Assembly: GCA_963752475.1 (NCBI GenBank)
Contig: CAVVYR010000007.1
Location: 32,001 to 96,000 of the forward strand
Direction of reading: 5' to 3'
Source of the DNA: an uncultured Chloroflexia bacterium
Lineage (GTDB): Bacteria; Chloroflexota; Limnocylindria; Limnocylindrales; CSP1-4
DNA length: 64,000 nucleotides
Shown here: one piece after another, positions 39,998 through 50,510 of the stretch
Layout: every line of letters begins with the position of its first letter
Numbering within the stretch: position 1 is the first letter of the stretch
Notes under the pieces: model-generated
What the model was told of the DNA's origin: nothing
The model's database searches: none
What the model saw: the letters and a program-made list of their open reading frames with translations, nothing else
Translations under genes and position numbers: made by a program

Positions 39998-41514
39998 GCC
40001 TCCACCCCGATCGTGGCGTGGGCCACGGCGCAGGCCAGGATGTTGTCCTCGTTCAGGCTGGAGCCCTCCAGCAGGCCCGTGACCTGCCCAGCCGAGAGCA
40101 CGAGGCAGCGATCGCTGACCTTGTCCAGCTCGGGTACGTCGGATGAGCTCACGATGACCGCGTGTCCTTCGCGGGCAAGGTCGCGGATCAGCTCGTGGAT
40201 CTCGACCTTGGTGCCGACGTCCACGCCGCGCGTTGGCTCGTTGAGCAACAGGATGCGGGCATCGCTCACGAGCGCGCGACCCAACAGCACCTTCTGCTGG
40301 TTGCCGCCGCTCAGTGTCGAGACCAGCTGCGTGGGGGAGTGGGCCCGGACCGCGAAGAGCTCCTGCACGCGGGTCCAGGCGTCGCGTTCCTCCCTGCTGT
40401 CGAGCAGTTGCCGACGCCACGACGAGGCCTCCGTGCGCGGGCGTGCCACGACCAGGTTCTCGAGCACGTCGAGGTCGGGGAAGATGCCTTCGGTCTTGCG
40501 GTCCTCGGGGAGCATGAAGATACCCTCGCGCAGCGCCGCGTTGGGGCCATCGAGCGTGACCGGTCGGCCATCCAGACGCACCTCACCGGCGTTGCGGCCG
40601 AGCAGGCCGAAGAGCGCACGCATCAGCTCCGACCGTCCCGAGCCGACGAGGCCGGCGACACCGAGGACCTCGCCGTAGTGGGCCTCGAAGGAGACCGGTC
40701 CCAGGCCACCTCGTGCGCGGAGTCCGGTGACTGAGAGTGCTGCCTGCGTATCGGTCGCGACCGACTTGTGCACTTCGTGGTGCTCCAGCTCGCGGCCCAG
40801 CATCATGGTGATGATGTCGGTCTCTTTGAGCTCGTCGACCCTTCTCGTGTCCACCCGTCGTCCGTCCCGCAGCACCGTCACCCGGTCCGCGATGCGGAAG
40901 ATCTCGCTGAGACGGTGCGACACGTAGAGCACGGCCACGCCGCGCCCGCGCAACTCAGCCACGATGTCGAACAGGCGGTCCACCTCCGCGCTGTTGAGTG
41001 CCGCCGTGGGCTCGTCCATGATCATGACGCTGAAGTCCTGGGACAGGGCCTTGGCGACCTCGACGAGCTGCTTGTCGGCCACACCGAGGTACTCGACGCG
41101 GAGTTCCGGCTTGGTCTCGAGACCGAGCTCGCCCAGCAGCTCCTTAGCCCGGCGGTTGACCAGCGGCCAGTCGATGAGCCCGCTCCGCCGGCGGGGCTCT
41201 CGCCCGAGGAAGATGTTGGCCGCGATCGACAGCTGTGGGATGAGGTTGAACTCCTGGTTGATGACGCTGATCCCCGCCTGCTGTGATTGGAGCGGGTCAC
41301 CGAATGCGACCGTCTCGCCGCGAACCTCGATGGCACCCGACGTGGGCTGGTGCTGGCCGCCGAGGACCTTGATGAGCGTGGACTTGCCGGCGCCGTTCTC
41401 ACCCACGAGCGCATGGACCTCACCCGGCAACAGCTCGAGGTCGACGTCGTCGAGCGCGAGCACGCCGGGGAAGCGTTTGGTGATGGCCTGGGCGGTGAGG
41501 ATGGGGTCTGGCAC
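39994..41514 (-). CDS. Sugar ABC transporter ATP-binding protein (RbsA/MglA type, two ABC domains)
   Basis: GENGAGKST, MDEPTA, YVSHRL, GLVGSGRSE, LSGGNQQK, EPTRGVDVG. Confidence 0.95.
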   Translation of the reverse strand: MPDPILTAQAITKRFPGVLALDDVDLELLPGEVHALVGENGAGKSTLIKVLGGQHQPTSGAIEVRGETVAFGDPLQSQQAGISVINQEFNLIPQLSIAANIFLGREPRRRSGLIDWPLVNRRAKELLGELGLETKPELRVEYLGVADKQLVEVAKALSQDFSVMIMDEPTAALNSAEVDRLFDIVAELRGRGVAVLYVSHRLSEIFRIADRVTVLRDGRRVDTRRVDELKETDIITMMLGRELEHHEVHKSVATDTQAALSVTGLRARGGLGPVSFEAHYGEVLGVAGLVGSGRSELMRALFGLLGRNAGEVRLDGRPVTLDGPNAALREGIFMLPEDRKTEGIFPDLDVLENLVVARPRTEASSWRRQLLDSREERDAWTRVQELFAVRAHSPTQLVSTLSGGNQQKVLLGRALVSDARILLLNEPTRGVDVGTKVEIHELIRDLAREGHAVIVSSSDVPELDKVSDRCLVLSAGQVTGLLEGSSLNEDNILACAVAHATIGVEA

Positions 41515-41559
41515 GGTCCGTTCGGTCGCAGGTGAGAAGCGAGGAAGCGTGGATGTGTT

Positions 41560-41647
41560 CGAGCCGGGCCCGAGTGCCCGCGGAGCGGACAAGGAAGAGG
41601 TGGGCCCGGCTCGAGAGCCGGCTCCCTCGGATGGCCGAGAGAGCCGG
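41560..41647. other. Intercistronic stem-loops after the binding-protein gene (mRNA stabiliser or partial terminator)
   Basis: CGAGCCGGGCCC...GGGCCCGGCTCG and CCGGCTC.CTCGG...CCGAG.GAGCCGG. Confidence 0.55.
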
Positions 41648-41660
41648 GTCACCGAGTGGC

Positions 41661-42653
41661 TTACTCGGCAGACATGTACATGTCGACGTTCTCGGCCGTC
41701 ACGACCTCCACCGGGAAGAACAGTGAGCGGGTCTCGGGATCGTCATAGGTCAGCTCCCCACCGTCGAGCAGGGTCAGCGCGGCCTCGACCGCGGCCTTGC
41801 CCTGGCCGTAGGGATCCTGGCGGATGGTGGCCGCCATCTCACCGGCAGCGATGAGCTCGAGCGCCGGAGCGTCGCCGTTGAAGCCGACGAGCAACACGTC
41901 CTCGACACCGCTCAGGCCAGCCTGCTTGAGGGCCTGGTTGGCGCCGATGGCCTCCGGGTCGTTGGTGGCGTAGATGCCGACCAGCTCGGGGTTCGCCGCG
42001 AGCGTGTCGCGCGTCACTTCGAAGCCACCCTCGACGGTGTCGTTGCCGTTGAGCTCGGCCACGATGGTGAAGTCGTCGTAGTTGGCCATCTCGTCGCGGA
42101 AGCCCGCGGCGCGGACCTCACCGACCGCCGAGCCCGGATGCAGCAGGATCGAGAGGACTTCCTTCTCGCCCTCGATGTCAGCGAGCTGCTCGGCCATGTA
42201 CTGGGCCGCGAGCACGCCGCCCTCGTAGTTGTCCGACAGCACGAAGCCGTCGTAGTCACCCTCTGCCCCGACGTCGCCGATGAGGACGGGGATCTTGGCC
42301 TCGTGCGCGGCGTCGATGGGTGCCGGCAGAGCGGCCGGCTGGACCGGTGAGATGACCAGCGCGCTGATGCCCTGGTTGATGAGGTCGAGGCTGCCCGAGA
42401 CCTGGGTCTCCTGGCTGCTCTTCTGGTCGCTCAGCAGGAATTCGGCGCCGGCGGCCTCAGCGGCCTCCTCCACGCCGCGCGCGTACTCCTGCCAATACGG
42501 CTGCTGCATGTCGTAGACCGAGTAGCCGATCTTGAGCGGATCCTTCTTCTCGAAGGCCATATCGTCCTGGGCCACGACGGCTCCAGCGCCGAACACCAGG
42601 CAAGCGGCAGTGGCGATGCCGACTGCGCGGATAGCGGTTCGCATGGTAGTCAA
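41661..42653 (-). CDS. Sugar ABC transporter substrate-binding protein (RbsB-like)
   Basis: AAGGAGG RBS; signal peptide; QPYW, SDNYEGG, R..GF, YATND..AIGA, VGFNG, ATIRQDP. Confidence 0.93.
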   Translation of the reverse strand: MTTMRTAIRAVGIATAACLVFGAGAVVAQDDMAFEKKDPLKIGYSVYDMQQPYWQEYARGVEEAAEAAGAEFLLSDQKSSQETQVSGSLDLINQGISALVISPVQPAALPAPIDAAHEAKIPVLIGDVGAEGDYDGFVLSDNYEGGVLAAQYMAEQLADIEGEKEVLSILLHPGSAVGEVRAAGFRDEMANYDDFTIVAELNGNDTVEGGFEVTRDTLAANPELVGIYATNDPEAIGANQALKQAGLSGVEDVLLVGFNGDAPALELIAAGEMAATIRQDPYGQGKAAVEAALTLLDGGELTYDDPETRSLFFPVEVVTAENVDMYMSAE

Positions 42654-42718
42654 CCCTCCTTGATCGCCGGCCGTTCGTAGACTCCTCGCACGGCCGGTTC
42701 CTCCTGTGATTGAGATGC

Positions 42719-43795
42719 TCAGTGGTTCGTTCGGGGCGACACCTCCTTCTTCGCTCCTTGGGTGCGGATGGGTGGTGCGGCCGTCGACTGGCGGACCACG
42801 AGCTCTGGCTCGAAGACGACCTGCGGCTCAGCGGGGGTGCGGCCGTTGGTCAGGTCGAGCAGGATCTTGGTCGCCAGCGTGGCCACGTCGGTCAGGCTCT
42901 GGCGGACGGTGGTCAGGGGCGGTGTCTGGAAGGGCGCCAGCTCGATGTCGTCGACGCCGACGATGGAGATGTCCTCCGGGATGCGCAGGCCGCGCTCCAC
43001 GGCCGCGCGCATGGCGCCGATGGCGAGGCGGTCGTTGGAAGCGAAGACGGCGGTGGGCCTGGGTTCGCGGTCAAGCAGCTCGCCCATGGCCTCGAAGCCC
43101 GAGTCGCAGCTCCACGCCGCGTCCCCGACCGCATGAGGAAGGGGCTCCAGCCGGCGGGCTCGGATCGCGTCGCGGAACGACTCGAGCCGCTCGAGCGAGA
43201 GGCGCAGATCGAGGGGACCGCAGATGTGGGCCAGTCGCTCGTGCCCCAGGTCCAACAGGTGATCGGCCACGATGGCGCCGGTACGCGTGTTGTTCAGGAT
43301 GACGGAAGGGCCGTCGTAGTCGGTCGGGATGCGGTCGATGGCAACGACCGGGATGCCCGCCTCTCGCAGATCGCGCAGACCGTGCAGCGTGTCGGTGGTG
43401 GTCACGAAGAGCATGCCATCCACCCAACGCTGGGCCGCGATGTGCAGGTAGGTCCGCTCGCGCTCGGGGTCGCTGTGCGTGTTGTAGAGGATGACGTTGT
43501 AGCCGGCGGCGTGAGCGTGGTCCTCGACGGCATCGGCCATGCGCGCGAAGAACGGGTTGGTGATGTCCGCCACCATCAGGCCGATCGTTCGGGTGGAGCC
43601 GGTACGCAGGTTGCGGGCGGTCGCCGACGGTCGATAGCCCAGCTCCTCGATGGCGGCAAGGATGCGGTCGCGGGTCGCTGCCGAGACCACGGCCTTGTCG
43701 TTGACCACCATCGACACGGTCTGGACCGACACGCCCGCGAGGCGCGCCACGTCCTTCATCGTGGGTCGTTGCGTCTTCTGTACCGCAGGTGCCAA
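42719..43795 (-). CDS. LacI family transcriptional regulator (start uncertain)
   Basis: PTMKDVARLAGVS.QTVS.V.N, LGYRPS..AR.L, ITNPFF, PTAVFASND, IPEDISIVG.DD, PLTTV.Q. Confidence 0.95.
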   Translation of the reverse strand: MAPAVQKTQRPTMKDVARLAGVSVQTVSMVVNDKAVVSAATRDRILAAIEELGYRPSATARNLRTGSTRTIGLMVADITNPFFARMADAVEDHAHAAGYNVILYNTHSDPERERTYLHIAAQRWVDGMLFVTTTDTLHGLRDLREAGIPVVAIDRIPTDYDGPSVILNNTRTGAIVADHLLDLGHERLAHICGPLDLRLSLERLESFRDAIRARRLEPLPHAVGDAAWSCDSGFEAMGELLDREPRPTAVFASNDRLAIGAMRAAVERGLRIPEDISIVGVDDIELAPFQTPPLTTVRQSLTDVATLATKILLDLTNGRTPAEPQVVFEPELVVRQSTAAPPIRTQGAKKEVSPRTNH

Positions 43796-43826
43796 GCGAC
43801 TGCCCCCCGCACTCGTGGCTGTGTTC

Positions 43827-43860
43827 TGAACGTTCCTATGAACGTTCACGTGAACGTTCA
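43827..43860. promoter_or_regulatory. Three tandem LacI-type operator palindromes TGAACGTTC(A)
   Basis: Copies at 43827, 43839 and 43851 (12-bp period), just downstream of minus-strand TTGACT-N18-CACAAT with an extended -10 TG. Confidence 0.8.
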
Positions 43861-44132
43861 GATTGTGCCAAGCGTGTCAACCCCCAGTCAACTCCTTGGG
43901 GGTGCGTCCGCGCTTGTAGTCGTAGTTGAAGGCCCAAGGGCGGCGCATATCCGGCGTGCCACTCGAAGTCGTCGACCGGCTTATGCGCGTCTACCTCGAG
44001 ACCCAGGACGAGGGAGAGCAGATGCTCAAGGACGTAACCAATCGGTCCGCCGCCGGCGAAGTCTTCGGCGGCGTGGAGACCCCCGGCTGAGTCAGCGCTG
44101 CTCGTCGAAGTCGGATGGCTCCGAGGCGACCT

Positions 44133-44546
44133 CTACAGGGCGGTGTCGGGCGTGAGCCTTGAGGCTGTCAGCGTGGCCGGCACCGGGGCGTCACTACCAT
44201 CGGGACGAGGACGCGTGATCTCCGTCTGCATCGTGTAGGTCGCACCGTCGGGCGAGAGGACGGCGGTGCCTCGCCAGGTGAACCAGCCTCTCGTGCCCTC
44301 ACCGTGGGGGACCGGGCGTACGACGAGCAGTCTGGCGCTACCGGCATCGGTCGCCCGCCAGGCCCCGTCATGAGAACCCTCGGAGGTCACGATGGTGGCC
44401 GTTCCGTCGGCGTGGAAGGTGGTGGTGAGGTAGTCGGTGCGGAACTGGTTTCCGAACTTGGCCTCGGCGGTCCAGGCTCCGATGATCGGGTGCGTCACGT
44501 CATCCCTCCGGTCGACGGGTGTGTGCGTGGACGGTAGCAGTCCCAC
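44133..44546 (-). CDS. Hypothetical protein (start probably the VTHPIIGAW GTG)
   Basis: HPIIGAW...TTFHADGT...GAW.AT pattern; protein-like composition. Confidence 0.65.
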   Translation of the reverse strand: MGLLPSTHTPVDRRDDVTHPIIGAWTAEAKFGNQFRTDYLTTTFHADGTATIVTSEGSHDGAWRATDAGSARLLVVRPVPHGEGTRGWFTWRGTAVLSPDGATYTMQTEITRPRPDGSDAPVPATLTASRLTPDTAL

Positions 44547-44729
44547 GGCTTCCGGCCATCGCGGCCTTCTCGTGGCCCCATCCCGCCGAGTTCGGCTCGC
44601 CGAGCTGGCCGACGGTCACCGGGCCCGAGCGACGACGAAAGAGGAGTCACCAGGCCGGTCCGGAGGAGGTGAGTGGACCGTCCTGGCGTTCGGAGGTGTG
44701 AGCGTCCCGGCGCTCGTCTGTGGTGTGGA

Positions 44730-45500
44730 CTAGCGACCCATCCAGCCACCGTCGACGGTGATGATCGAGCCGTTCATGTAGGCGCCCGCGTCCGAGGCGA
44801 GCAGCACACATGGCCCGCCGAAGTCCTCTGGTGTCCCCCAGCGGCCCTGCGGGATGCGCTCGAGGATAGCCTTCGAGCGGTCGGGATCGTCGCGCAAGGC
44901 CTGGGTGTTATCGGTAGCGATGTAGCCCGGAGCGATGCCGTTGACGTTGACGCCCATGCCCGCCCATTCGTTGGCGAACGACATCACCAGCCGTGCCACA
45001 CCCGACTTGGACGCGGCGTAGCCGGGCACCGTGATCCCGCCCTGGAAGCTCAGCAGCGACGCGGTGAAGACGATCTTGCCCGAACCGCGTTCCACCATGT
45101 CCCGTCCGAACTCGCGGGTGATGATGAATTGGGACGAGAGGTTCACCTCGATGACCTGGTCCCAGTACTCATCCGAGTGCTCAGAGGCGGGCTTCCGCAG
45201 GATGGCGCCGGCGTTGTTGATCAGGATGTCCGGCGTCCCGAGGTCCGACTTGACCGCCGCGATGCTGCGATACAGCCCCTCGCGGTCGGCTAGATCCGTT
45301 CGATAGAACGAGTACCTGCGCCCGAGTCCCTCGACGATCGCCTGTGTCGCGCCACTGCCATCGCTCGAACCTCGGCTGAAGTCGACGATGTCCGCTCCGG
45401 CCTCGGCGAGGGCTCTGGCCATGCCTTGGCCGATTCCCTGGGAGGCTCCCGTCACGAGCGCGAGCTTCTCGTCCAGCCGGAACCTGTCCAGGATCGCCAT
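44730..45500 (-). CDS. kduD: SDR, 2-dehydro-3-deoxy-D-gluconate 5-dehydrogenase-like
   Basis: TASLLSFQGGITVPGYAASKSG, ANEWA..G.NVN.IAPGYIATDNT.ALR.D..R...IL.RIP.GRWG, VDGGWMGR. Confidence 0.85.
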   Translation of the reverse strand: MAILDRFRLDEKLALVTGASQGIGQGMARALAEAGADIVDFSRGSSDGSGATQAIVEGLGRRYSFYRTDLADREGLYRSIAAVKSDLGTPDILINNAGAILRKPASEHSDEYWDQVIEVNLSSQFIITREFGRDMVERGSGKIVFTASLLSFQGGITVPGYAASKSGVARLVMSFANEWAGMGVNVNGIAPGYIATDNTQALRDDPDRSKAILERIPQGRWGTPEDFGGPCVLLASDAGAYMNGSIITVDGGWMGR

Positions 45501-45528
45501 TTCGTCGTCTCTCCTCCTCTGCGCTCGA

Positions 45529-46554
45529 CTAGCTCTGGCAGTCGATGAGCAGCTTCACCACGTTCTCGCCGCTATCGAGTCGCCCGAGTGCGGCGGCGGT
45601 CTCGCTCAGCGGCATCACGTCACTGATGAGTGCGTCGGCCGGGATGGTGCCGTCGGCGACCAGGTTCACGGCCTCTTCGAAGTCGGCCCGCTCGTACACA
45701 CGCGCGCCGATGATGCTCAGCTCTTTCCAGAAGATCTGAAACACGTCCACCGGCGGGGCCACCGGCTGGATACCCACGATCACGCCGGTGCCGCGACGAC
45801 GCAGCACATCGGTCATGGCCTTCACGCCGGGCACCGAGCCCGAGACCTCGAACGCGATGTCCGCGCCGGCACCGTCGGTCCACTTCTCGACGACCTCGTT
45901 CAGATCGTCACTCACGGGGTTGACGGTGGGGAAGCCGAACTCGGCGGCCAGTTCCAGGCGCGATGCGGCGACCTCGCTCAGCAGCACCTCGGCGCCGCGG
46001 TCGCGGGCGATGATGGCGATGAGCAGGCCGATGGGACCAGCGCCGATGACGACGACCTTCTGGCCCGACTGCACGGCCGCGCGGCCGACGTCGTGCTGGG
46101 CCACGGCCACCGGCTCCACGAGCGCAGCCGTCTTGAGATCGAGCTCCGCGGGGAGACCTACAAGCCAGTCGGCCTTGACGTTCCAGCGATTCTGCAGTGC
46201 GCCCGGGGAGTCGATGCCCACGAAGTTGAGGTTCTGGCAGATGTGGTTGACGCCGGCCTTGCACGCGGGACAGGTGCCGTCCCAATCGAGCGGCATGACG
46301 GTGACCTTGTCGCCGACGTTCCAGCCCTCGACGGCGGGGCCGATCTGGGCGATCGTGCCGGACATCTCGTGCCCGATGGGCCAGGGTTCCTTCACGCGAC
46401 CGTCCATGCCGCCGTGCGAGATGGTGAGGTCGGTGCCACAGATGCCGGTGTAGGCCACGGCGATCTGGACCTCGCCCTCGGCGGGCGGGACCGGGTCGTA
46501 TTCGCGGGCCTTGAAGACGCCCGACCCGTGGTAGTCGATGGCCAGCTGCACCAT
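45529..46554 (-). CDS. Zinc-dependent alcohol/sugar-acid dehydrogenase (MDR)
   Basis: GICGTD, GHEMSG, C..C..G..H.C, GIDSPG, LVEP.AVA.H, GAGPIG, FWKEL...GARVY. Confidence 0.92.
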   Translation of the reverse strand: MVQLAIDYHGSGVFKAREYDPVPPAEGEVQIAVAYTGICGTDLTISHGGMDGRVKEPWPIGHEMSGTIAQIGPAVEGWNVGDKVTVMPLDWDGTCPACKAGVNHICQNLNFVGIDSPGALQNRWNVKADWLVGLPAELDLKTAALVEPVAVAQHDVGRAAVQSGQKVVVIGAGPIGLLIAIIARDRGAEVLLSEVAASRLELAAEFGFPTVNPVSDDLNEVVEKWTDGAGADIAFEVSGSVPGVKAMTDVLRRRGTGVIVGIQPVAPPVDVFQIFWKELSIIGARVYERADFEEAVNLVADGTIPADALISDVMPLSETAAALGRLDSGENVVKLLIDCQS

Positions 46555-46673
46555 GATTCGCCCTCTGGAGGTCCATGCTTTCGTGCTTTCATTACAGTGT
46601 AGCTTCGACAACATACTGAATACGAGGATGGTTCTGATGGCATCGCACTACGGCCGCGTCGCACGGTAGCGAC

Positions 46674-47828
46674 ATGAGCGAACTCAAGGGCATCACCTGG
46701 AACCACACCCGGGGTGTGGTGCCGATGGTGGCCGCGGCGCAGCGTTTCGAAGAGCTCCACCCCGGCGTTCGCATCTCGTGGGAGAAGCGATCGCTGCAGG
46801 AGTTCGCGGACCAGCCGCTGGCGGACCTGAGCGCGAGGTACGACCTGCTCGTCATCGATCACCCCTGGGCCGGCTTCGCGGCTTCCTCTGGTGTGCTCAT
46901 GGCCATGGAGGACGTGGTCTCGCCCGCGTTCCTCGCCGACCAGGCCGCGAACTCCGTGGGCCCGTCCTATGAGAGCTACCGCTACGACGGCCGCACCTGG
47001 GCGCTGCCCATCGATGCCGCCACGCCCGTGGCCTCCTGGCGGCCGGACCTGCTCGAGCGGGCAGGGGAGTCGGTGCCCGCGAACTATGACGAGCTGCTTG
47101 CGCTGGCGCGCAAGGGGCTGGTGATCATGCCCGGCATCCCGCAGGACACGATCATGAACTTCTACATGTACTGCGAGCTGCCGGGGTCGGACCTCTTCGC
47201 GAGCAAGGAGTACGTGGTCAGCGACGAGGTCGGCATCACCGCGCTCGAGCGCATGCGCGAACTGGCCTCGCTGATGCCGCGCGCGATCTTCGACCAGAAT
47301 CCCATCGCGGTCTACGAAGCCATGACGCGGGGCGATGAGTTCGCCTACTGCCCATGGGCCTACGGCTACTCGAACTACGCGCGCGAGGGCTACGCGCGTG
47401 CGGTCCTGCACTTCGGAGACGTCGTCTCGCTCGAGGGGGTTCCCTTGCGAACCACGCTGGGCGGTACCGGCCTCGCCGTGTCGAGCGCCACGAAGCACCT
47501 CGAGATCGCGTCCGAGTACGCCGAGCTCGTGGCCGGCCCCGAGTACCAGCGCACGCAATTCGTCGAGAATGGAGGCCAGCCGGGCCACCGCGCGGCGTGG
47601 ACGGACGCCGAGAACGACCGGCGCACGTCCGACTACTTCAAGTCCACGCTGCCGTGCCTGGACCGAGCCTACTTGCGACCGCGCTATCCCGGAAGCCTCG
47701 CCTTCCAGGATCGCGACGGTGGCGGGGTGCCCATCCGGGAGTACATGATGAACGGCGGCGACCCGCGCTCGGTCATGGAGACCCTCAACCGGATGTATCG
47801 AGAATCGCAAGAAGGCGGCGCCGAGTGA
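46674..47828 (+). CDS. Solute-binding-protein family 1 homologue lacking a signal peptide
   Basis: [48 protein letters not shown]. Confidence 0.82.
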   Translation: MSELKGITWNHTRGVVPMVAAAQRFEELHPGVRISWEKRSLQEFADQPLADLSARYDLLVIDHPWAGFAASSGVLMAMEDVVSPAFLADQAANSVGPSYESYRYDGRTWALPIDAATPVASWRPDLLERAGESVPANYDELLALARKGLVIMPGIPQDTIMNFYMYCELPGSDLFASKEYVVSDEVGITALERMRELASLMPRAIFDQNPIAVYEAMTRGDEFAYCPWAYGYSNYAREGYARAVLHFGDVVSLEGVPLRTTLGGTGLAVSSATKHLEIASEYAELVAGPEYQRTQFVENGGQPGHRAAWTDAENDRRTSDYFKSTLPCLDRAYLRPRYPGSLAFQDRDGGGVPIREYMMNGGDPRSVMETLNRMYRESQEGGAE

Positions 47829-48973
47829 CCGGGCCCCTCGAGGGCCTGCTGGTCCTGGAGTTCGCCCAATTCATGGCCGGGCCCTGGTGCGGCCTGCGCC
47901 TCGCCGACATGGGTGCGACCGTCATCAAGGTGGAGCGTCCCGGCACGGGTGAGGCCGGCCGCGGGCTGGCCACCAAGAACATGTTCGTCGACGGCGACAG
48001 CCTGGTGGCCCACACGGTCAACCGCAACAAGGGCTCGTTCGCGGCCAACCTCAAGAGCCCCGAAGACCTCGCGCAGGTCAAGGTGCTCATCGAGGCGGCG
48101 GACGTCATGACCCACAACTTCCGGCCGGGCGTGATGGAGCGCATCGGCCTCGACTACGAGACCGTGCGTGCGCTCAACCCACGCCTCATCTACGGCACCG
48201 TGACCGGCTACGGCACCGAGGGTCCCTGGCGCGACAAGCCGGGCCAGGACCTGCTGGCGCAGTCGCTCAGCGGCCTGCCCTACTGGACCGGCCGGGCCGA
48301 CGATCCGCCGGTGCCCATCGGCCTGGCCATCGCCGACGGCATCTGCGGCCACCACCTCGCCCAGGGGATCCTGGCGGCGCTCGTGCGTCGCGGCCGAACG
48401 GGGGAGGGGGCGCGTATCGAGGTCAGCCTGCTCGAGTCCATCCTGGACCTGCAGTTCGAGGGCCTCACGACGTACCTCAACGACGGTGGCCGGCCGCTGA
48501 AGCGCAGCGCCGTCAGCGCCACGCATCCGCTGCAGGGCGCGCCCTACGGCATCTACTCCACGGCCGACGGCTTCCTGGCCCTGGCCATGGGCGGGCTCGA
48601 CACCCTGGCCGACGCGCTGGGACTCGAAGAGCTCCACACCTTCGACGGGCCGAACGACGACTTCGAGCGAGGTGACGAGATCCGTCGCCTCATCGCCGCG
48701 CACGTGGGCGCCAAGACCACGCAGCACTGGATCGATCTGCTGGAGCCGGCGGGTGTCTGGTGTGCACCCGTGTTGCGCTACGACGAGCTCCGTCAGCAGC
48801 CGGGCTACCAGGCCCTGCGCATGGAGCAGACGGTGACGCGCGATGGTGAGTTCCCGGTGCACACGCTGCGCAGCCCCATCCGCTTCGACGGGGAGCGCAT
48901 GTTCGCGCCTGACGCAGCGCCCCGGGTAGGTCGTGACAACGAGCGCCTGAAGGCGGAGATCATCGATGCCTGA
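47825..48973 (+). CDS. CaiB/BaiF family (class III) CoA-transferase
   Basis: PLEGL.VLE..Q..AGP....LADMGA.VIKVE, NRNK.S, NFRPG.MER.GLDY, KPGQDLL; GTGA overlap. Confidence 0.93.
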   Translation: MTGPLEGLLVLEFAQFMAGPWCGLRLADMGATVIKVERPGTGEAGRGLATKNMFVDGDSLVAHTVNRNKGSFAANLKSPEDLAQVKVLIEAADVMTHNFRPGVMERIGLDYETVRALNPRLIYGTVTGYGTEGPWRDKPGQDLLAQSLSGLPYWTGRADDPPVPIGLAIADGICGHHLAQGILAALVRRGRTGEGARIEVSLLESILDLQFEGLTTYLNDGGRPLKRSAVSATHPLQGAPYGIYSTADGFLALAMGGLDTLADALGLEELHTFDGPNDDFERGDEIRRLIAAHVGAKTTQHWIDLLEPAGVWCAPVLRYDELRQQPGYQALRMEQTVTRDGEFPVHTLRSPIRFDGERMFAPDAAPRVGRDNERLKAEIIDA

Positions 48974-50120
48974 CCAGAGCGCGCCGCTCGCCGGTATCAC
49001 CGTCGTCGACTTCAGCCAGTTCCTCGCGGGGCCCTCGGCCTCGCTGCGCCTCGCCGACCTGGGTGCGACCGTCATCAAGGTCGAGCGCACAGACGTCGGC
49101 GACATCTGTCGCGCCCTCTACGTCTCGGACGTGTCCATCGACGGCGACAGCACGATCTTCCACGCCATCAACCGCAACAAGCTCGGCTACAGCGCGAATC
49201 TCAAGGACCCCGCCGACCGGGCGCGCATCGAGAAGCTCGTGGCCCAGGCCGACGTGGTCATGCACAACTTCCGCCCCGGTGTGATCGAGCGCCTGGGCCT
49301 GGACTACGCGACGGTGAAGGCGCTCAACCCCGGCGTCGTCTACGGCGAGATCAGCGGCTACGGCACCGAGGGTGAGTGGCGCGACAAGCCTGGCCAGGAC
49401 CTGCTGCTGCAGGCGATGTCCGGCCTCACCTGGCTCAGCGGCAACGCCGATGACGGGCCCGTGGCCATGGGCGTCGCGGTCGTCGACATCTGGGCCGGGG
49501 CGCTGCTGGTCGAGGGGATCCTCGGTGCGCTCGTGCGTCGTGGCATCACCGGCGACGGCGCGCTCGTCGAGGTCAACATGCTCGAGGCAGCGCTGGACTT
49601 CCAGTTCGAGCCCATGACCACGCACCTGCAGGACGGCTCGCTGCCCGAGCGCACGGCCACGAACAGCGCGCATACGCTGCTCGGCGCCCCGTACGGCATC
49701 TACCAGACGGCGGACGGCTATCTCGCCCTGGCCATGGGCAGCATCACCGTCCTGGGCGAGCTGCTCGAGCTACCGGCCCTGGCCGACTACCCCGAGCCGG
49801 CCTCGTGGTTCGACCAGCGAGATGAGATCAAGGCGCTGCTCGCCGCGCATCTGGTGACCCGGCCCACGCAGGCCTGGCTCGACGTGCTCGAACCCGCTGA
49901 CATCTGGTGTGCCCAGGTGCTCGACTGGGACGCTCTCACGCAGGACCCGCAGTTCGAGACGCTCGACATCCTGCAGGAGGTCGAGATGGGCAGCGGCACG
50001 ACCTACCGCACCACCGTCTGCCCTATCCGCGTGGACGGCCGGAAGCTGTTCTCGCGGCTCGGCTCCAACGCGCTCGGCGAACACGACGCCCGCATCGACG
50101 AGGAGTACGACCTCCGCTAG
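48966..50120 (+). CDS. CaiB/BaiF family (class III) CoA-transferase, paralog of the upstream gene
   Basis: [56 protein letters not shown]. Confidence 0.93.
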   Translation: MPDQSAPLAGITVVDFSQFLAGPSASLRLADLGATVIKVERTDVGDICRALYVSDVSIDGDSTIFHAINRNKLGYSANLKDPADRARIEKLVAQADVVMHNFRPGVIERLGLDYATVKALNPGVVYGEISGYGTEGEWRDKPGQDLLLQAMSGLTWLSGNADDGPVAMGVAVVDIWAGALLVEGILGALVRRGITGDGALVEVNMLEAALDFQFEPMTTHLQDGSLPERTATNSAHTLLGAPYGIYQTADGYLALAMGSITVLGELLELPALADYPEPASWFDQRDEIKALLAAHLVTRPTQAWLDVLEPADIWCAQVLDWDALTQDPQFETLDILQEVEMGSGTTYRTTVCPIRVDGRKLFSRLGSNALGEHDARIDEEYDLR

Positions 50121-50427
50121 GCGCCTGCCCAGGATCCGCGCACTCGCGCCCCGCCCGCGCCGCCGCGCCTCCGCGCCTGACGCGCACCGCCACGCCTCGT
50201 GCGGGTCATCCAGTGCTGGCTGAAGTCGACACGTTCGCCGCCGAAGTGTCGATCCTCAGTCCCGTGGAGACTCAGGCCGCCAAGCCGAGCCTCCAGGCGG
50301 CTGATTCCTGCGAGACCAGCGTCAGGGTGGTCGAGTCGAGCCACCGGGGGATGAGCGCCCAGCCGCCAGTTCGAACGACCGTCGAACAGCCATCACGAGG
50401 CTGGCCCGCCACCACACCCGGACACGG

Positions 50428-50465
50428 CGAAGCCCCGGCCGAGCTGATGCCAGCCGGGGGCTTCG
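50428..50465. terminator. Hairpin downstream of the aldehyde dehydrogenase fragment
   Basis: CGAAGCCCCGGC...GCCGGGGGCTTCG. Confidence 0.5.
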
Positions 50466-50510
50466 TGTAGCTCGGGACGCCGAAGGAGGGAGGCGCCCCG
50501 AGCGGATCTG

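Noticed and set aside
50130-50430. ncRNA or MITE downstream of the CoA-transferases
   Set aside because: C/G low-complexity tract and one hairpin (GTCGACAC...GTGTCGAT); no second copy, terminal repeats or target duplication seen.
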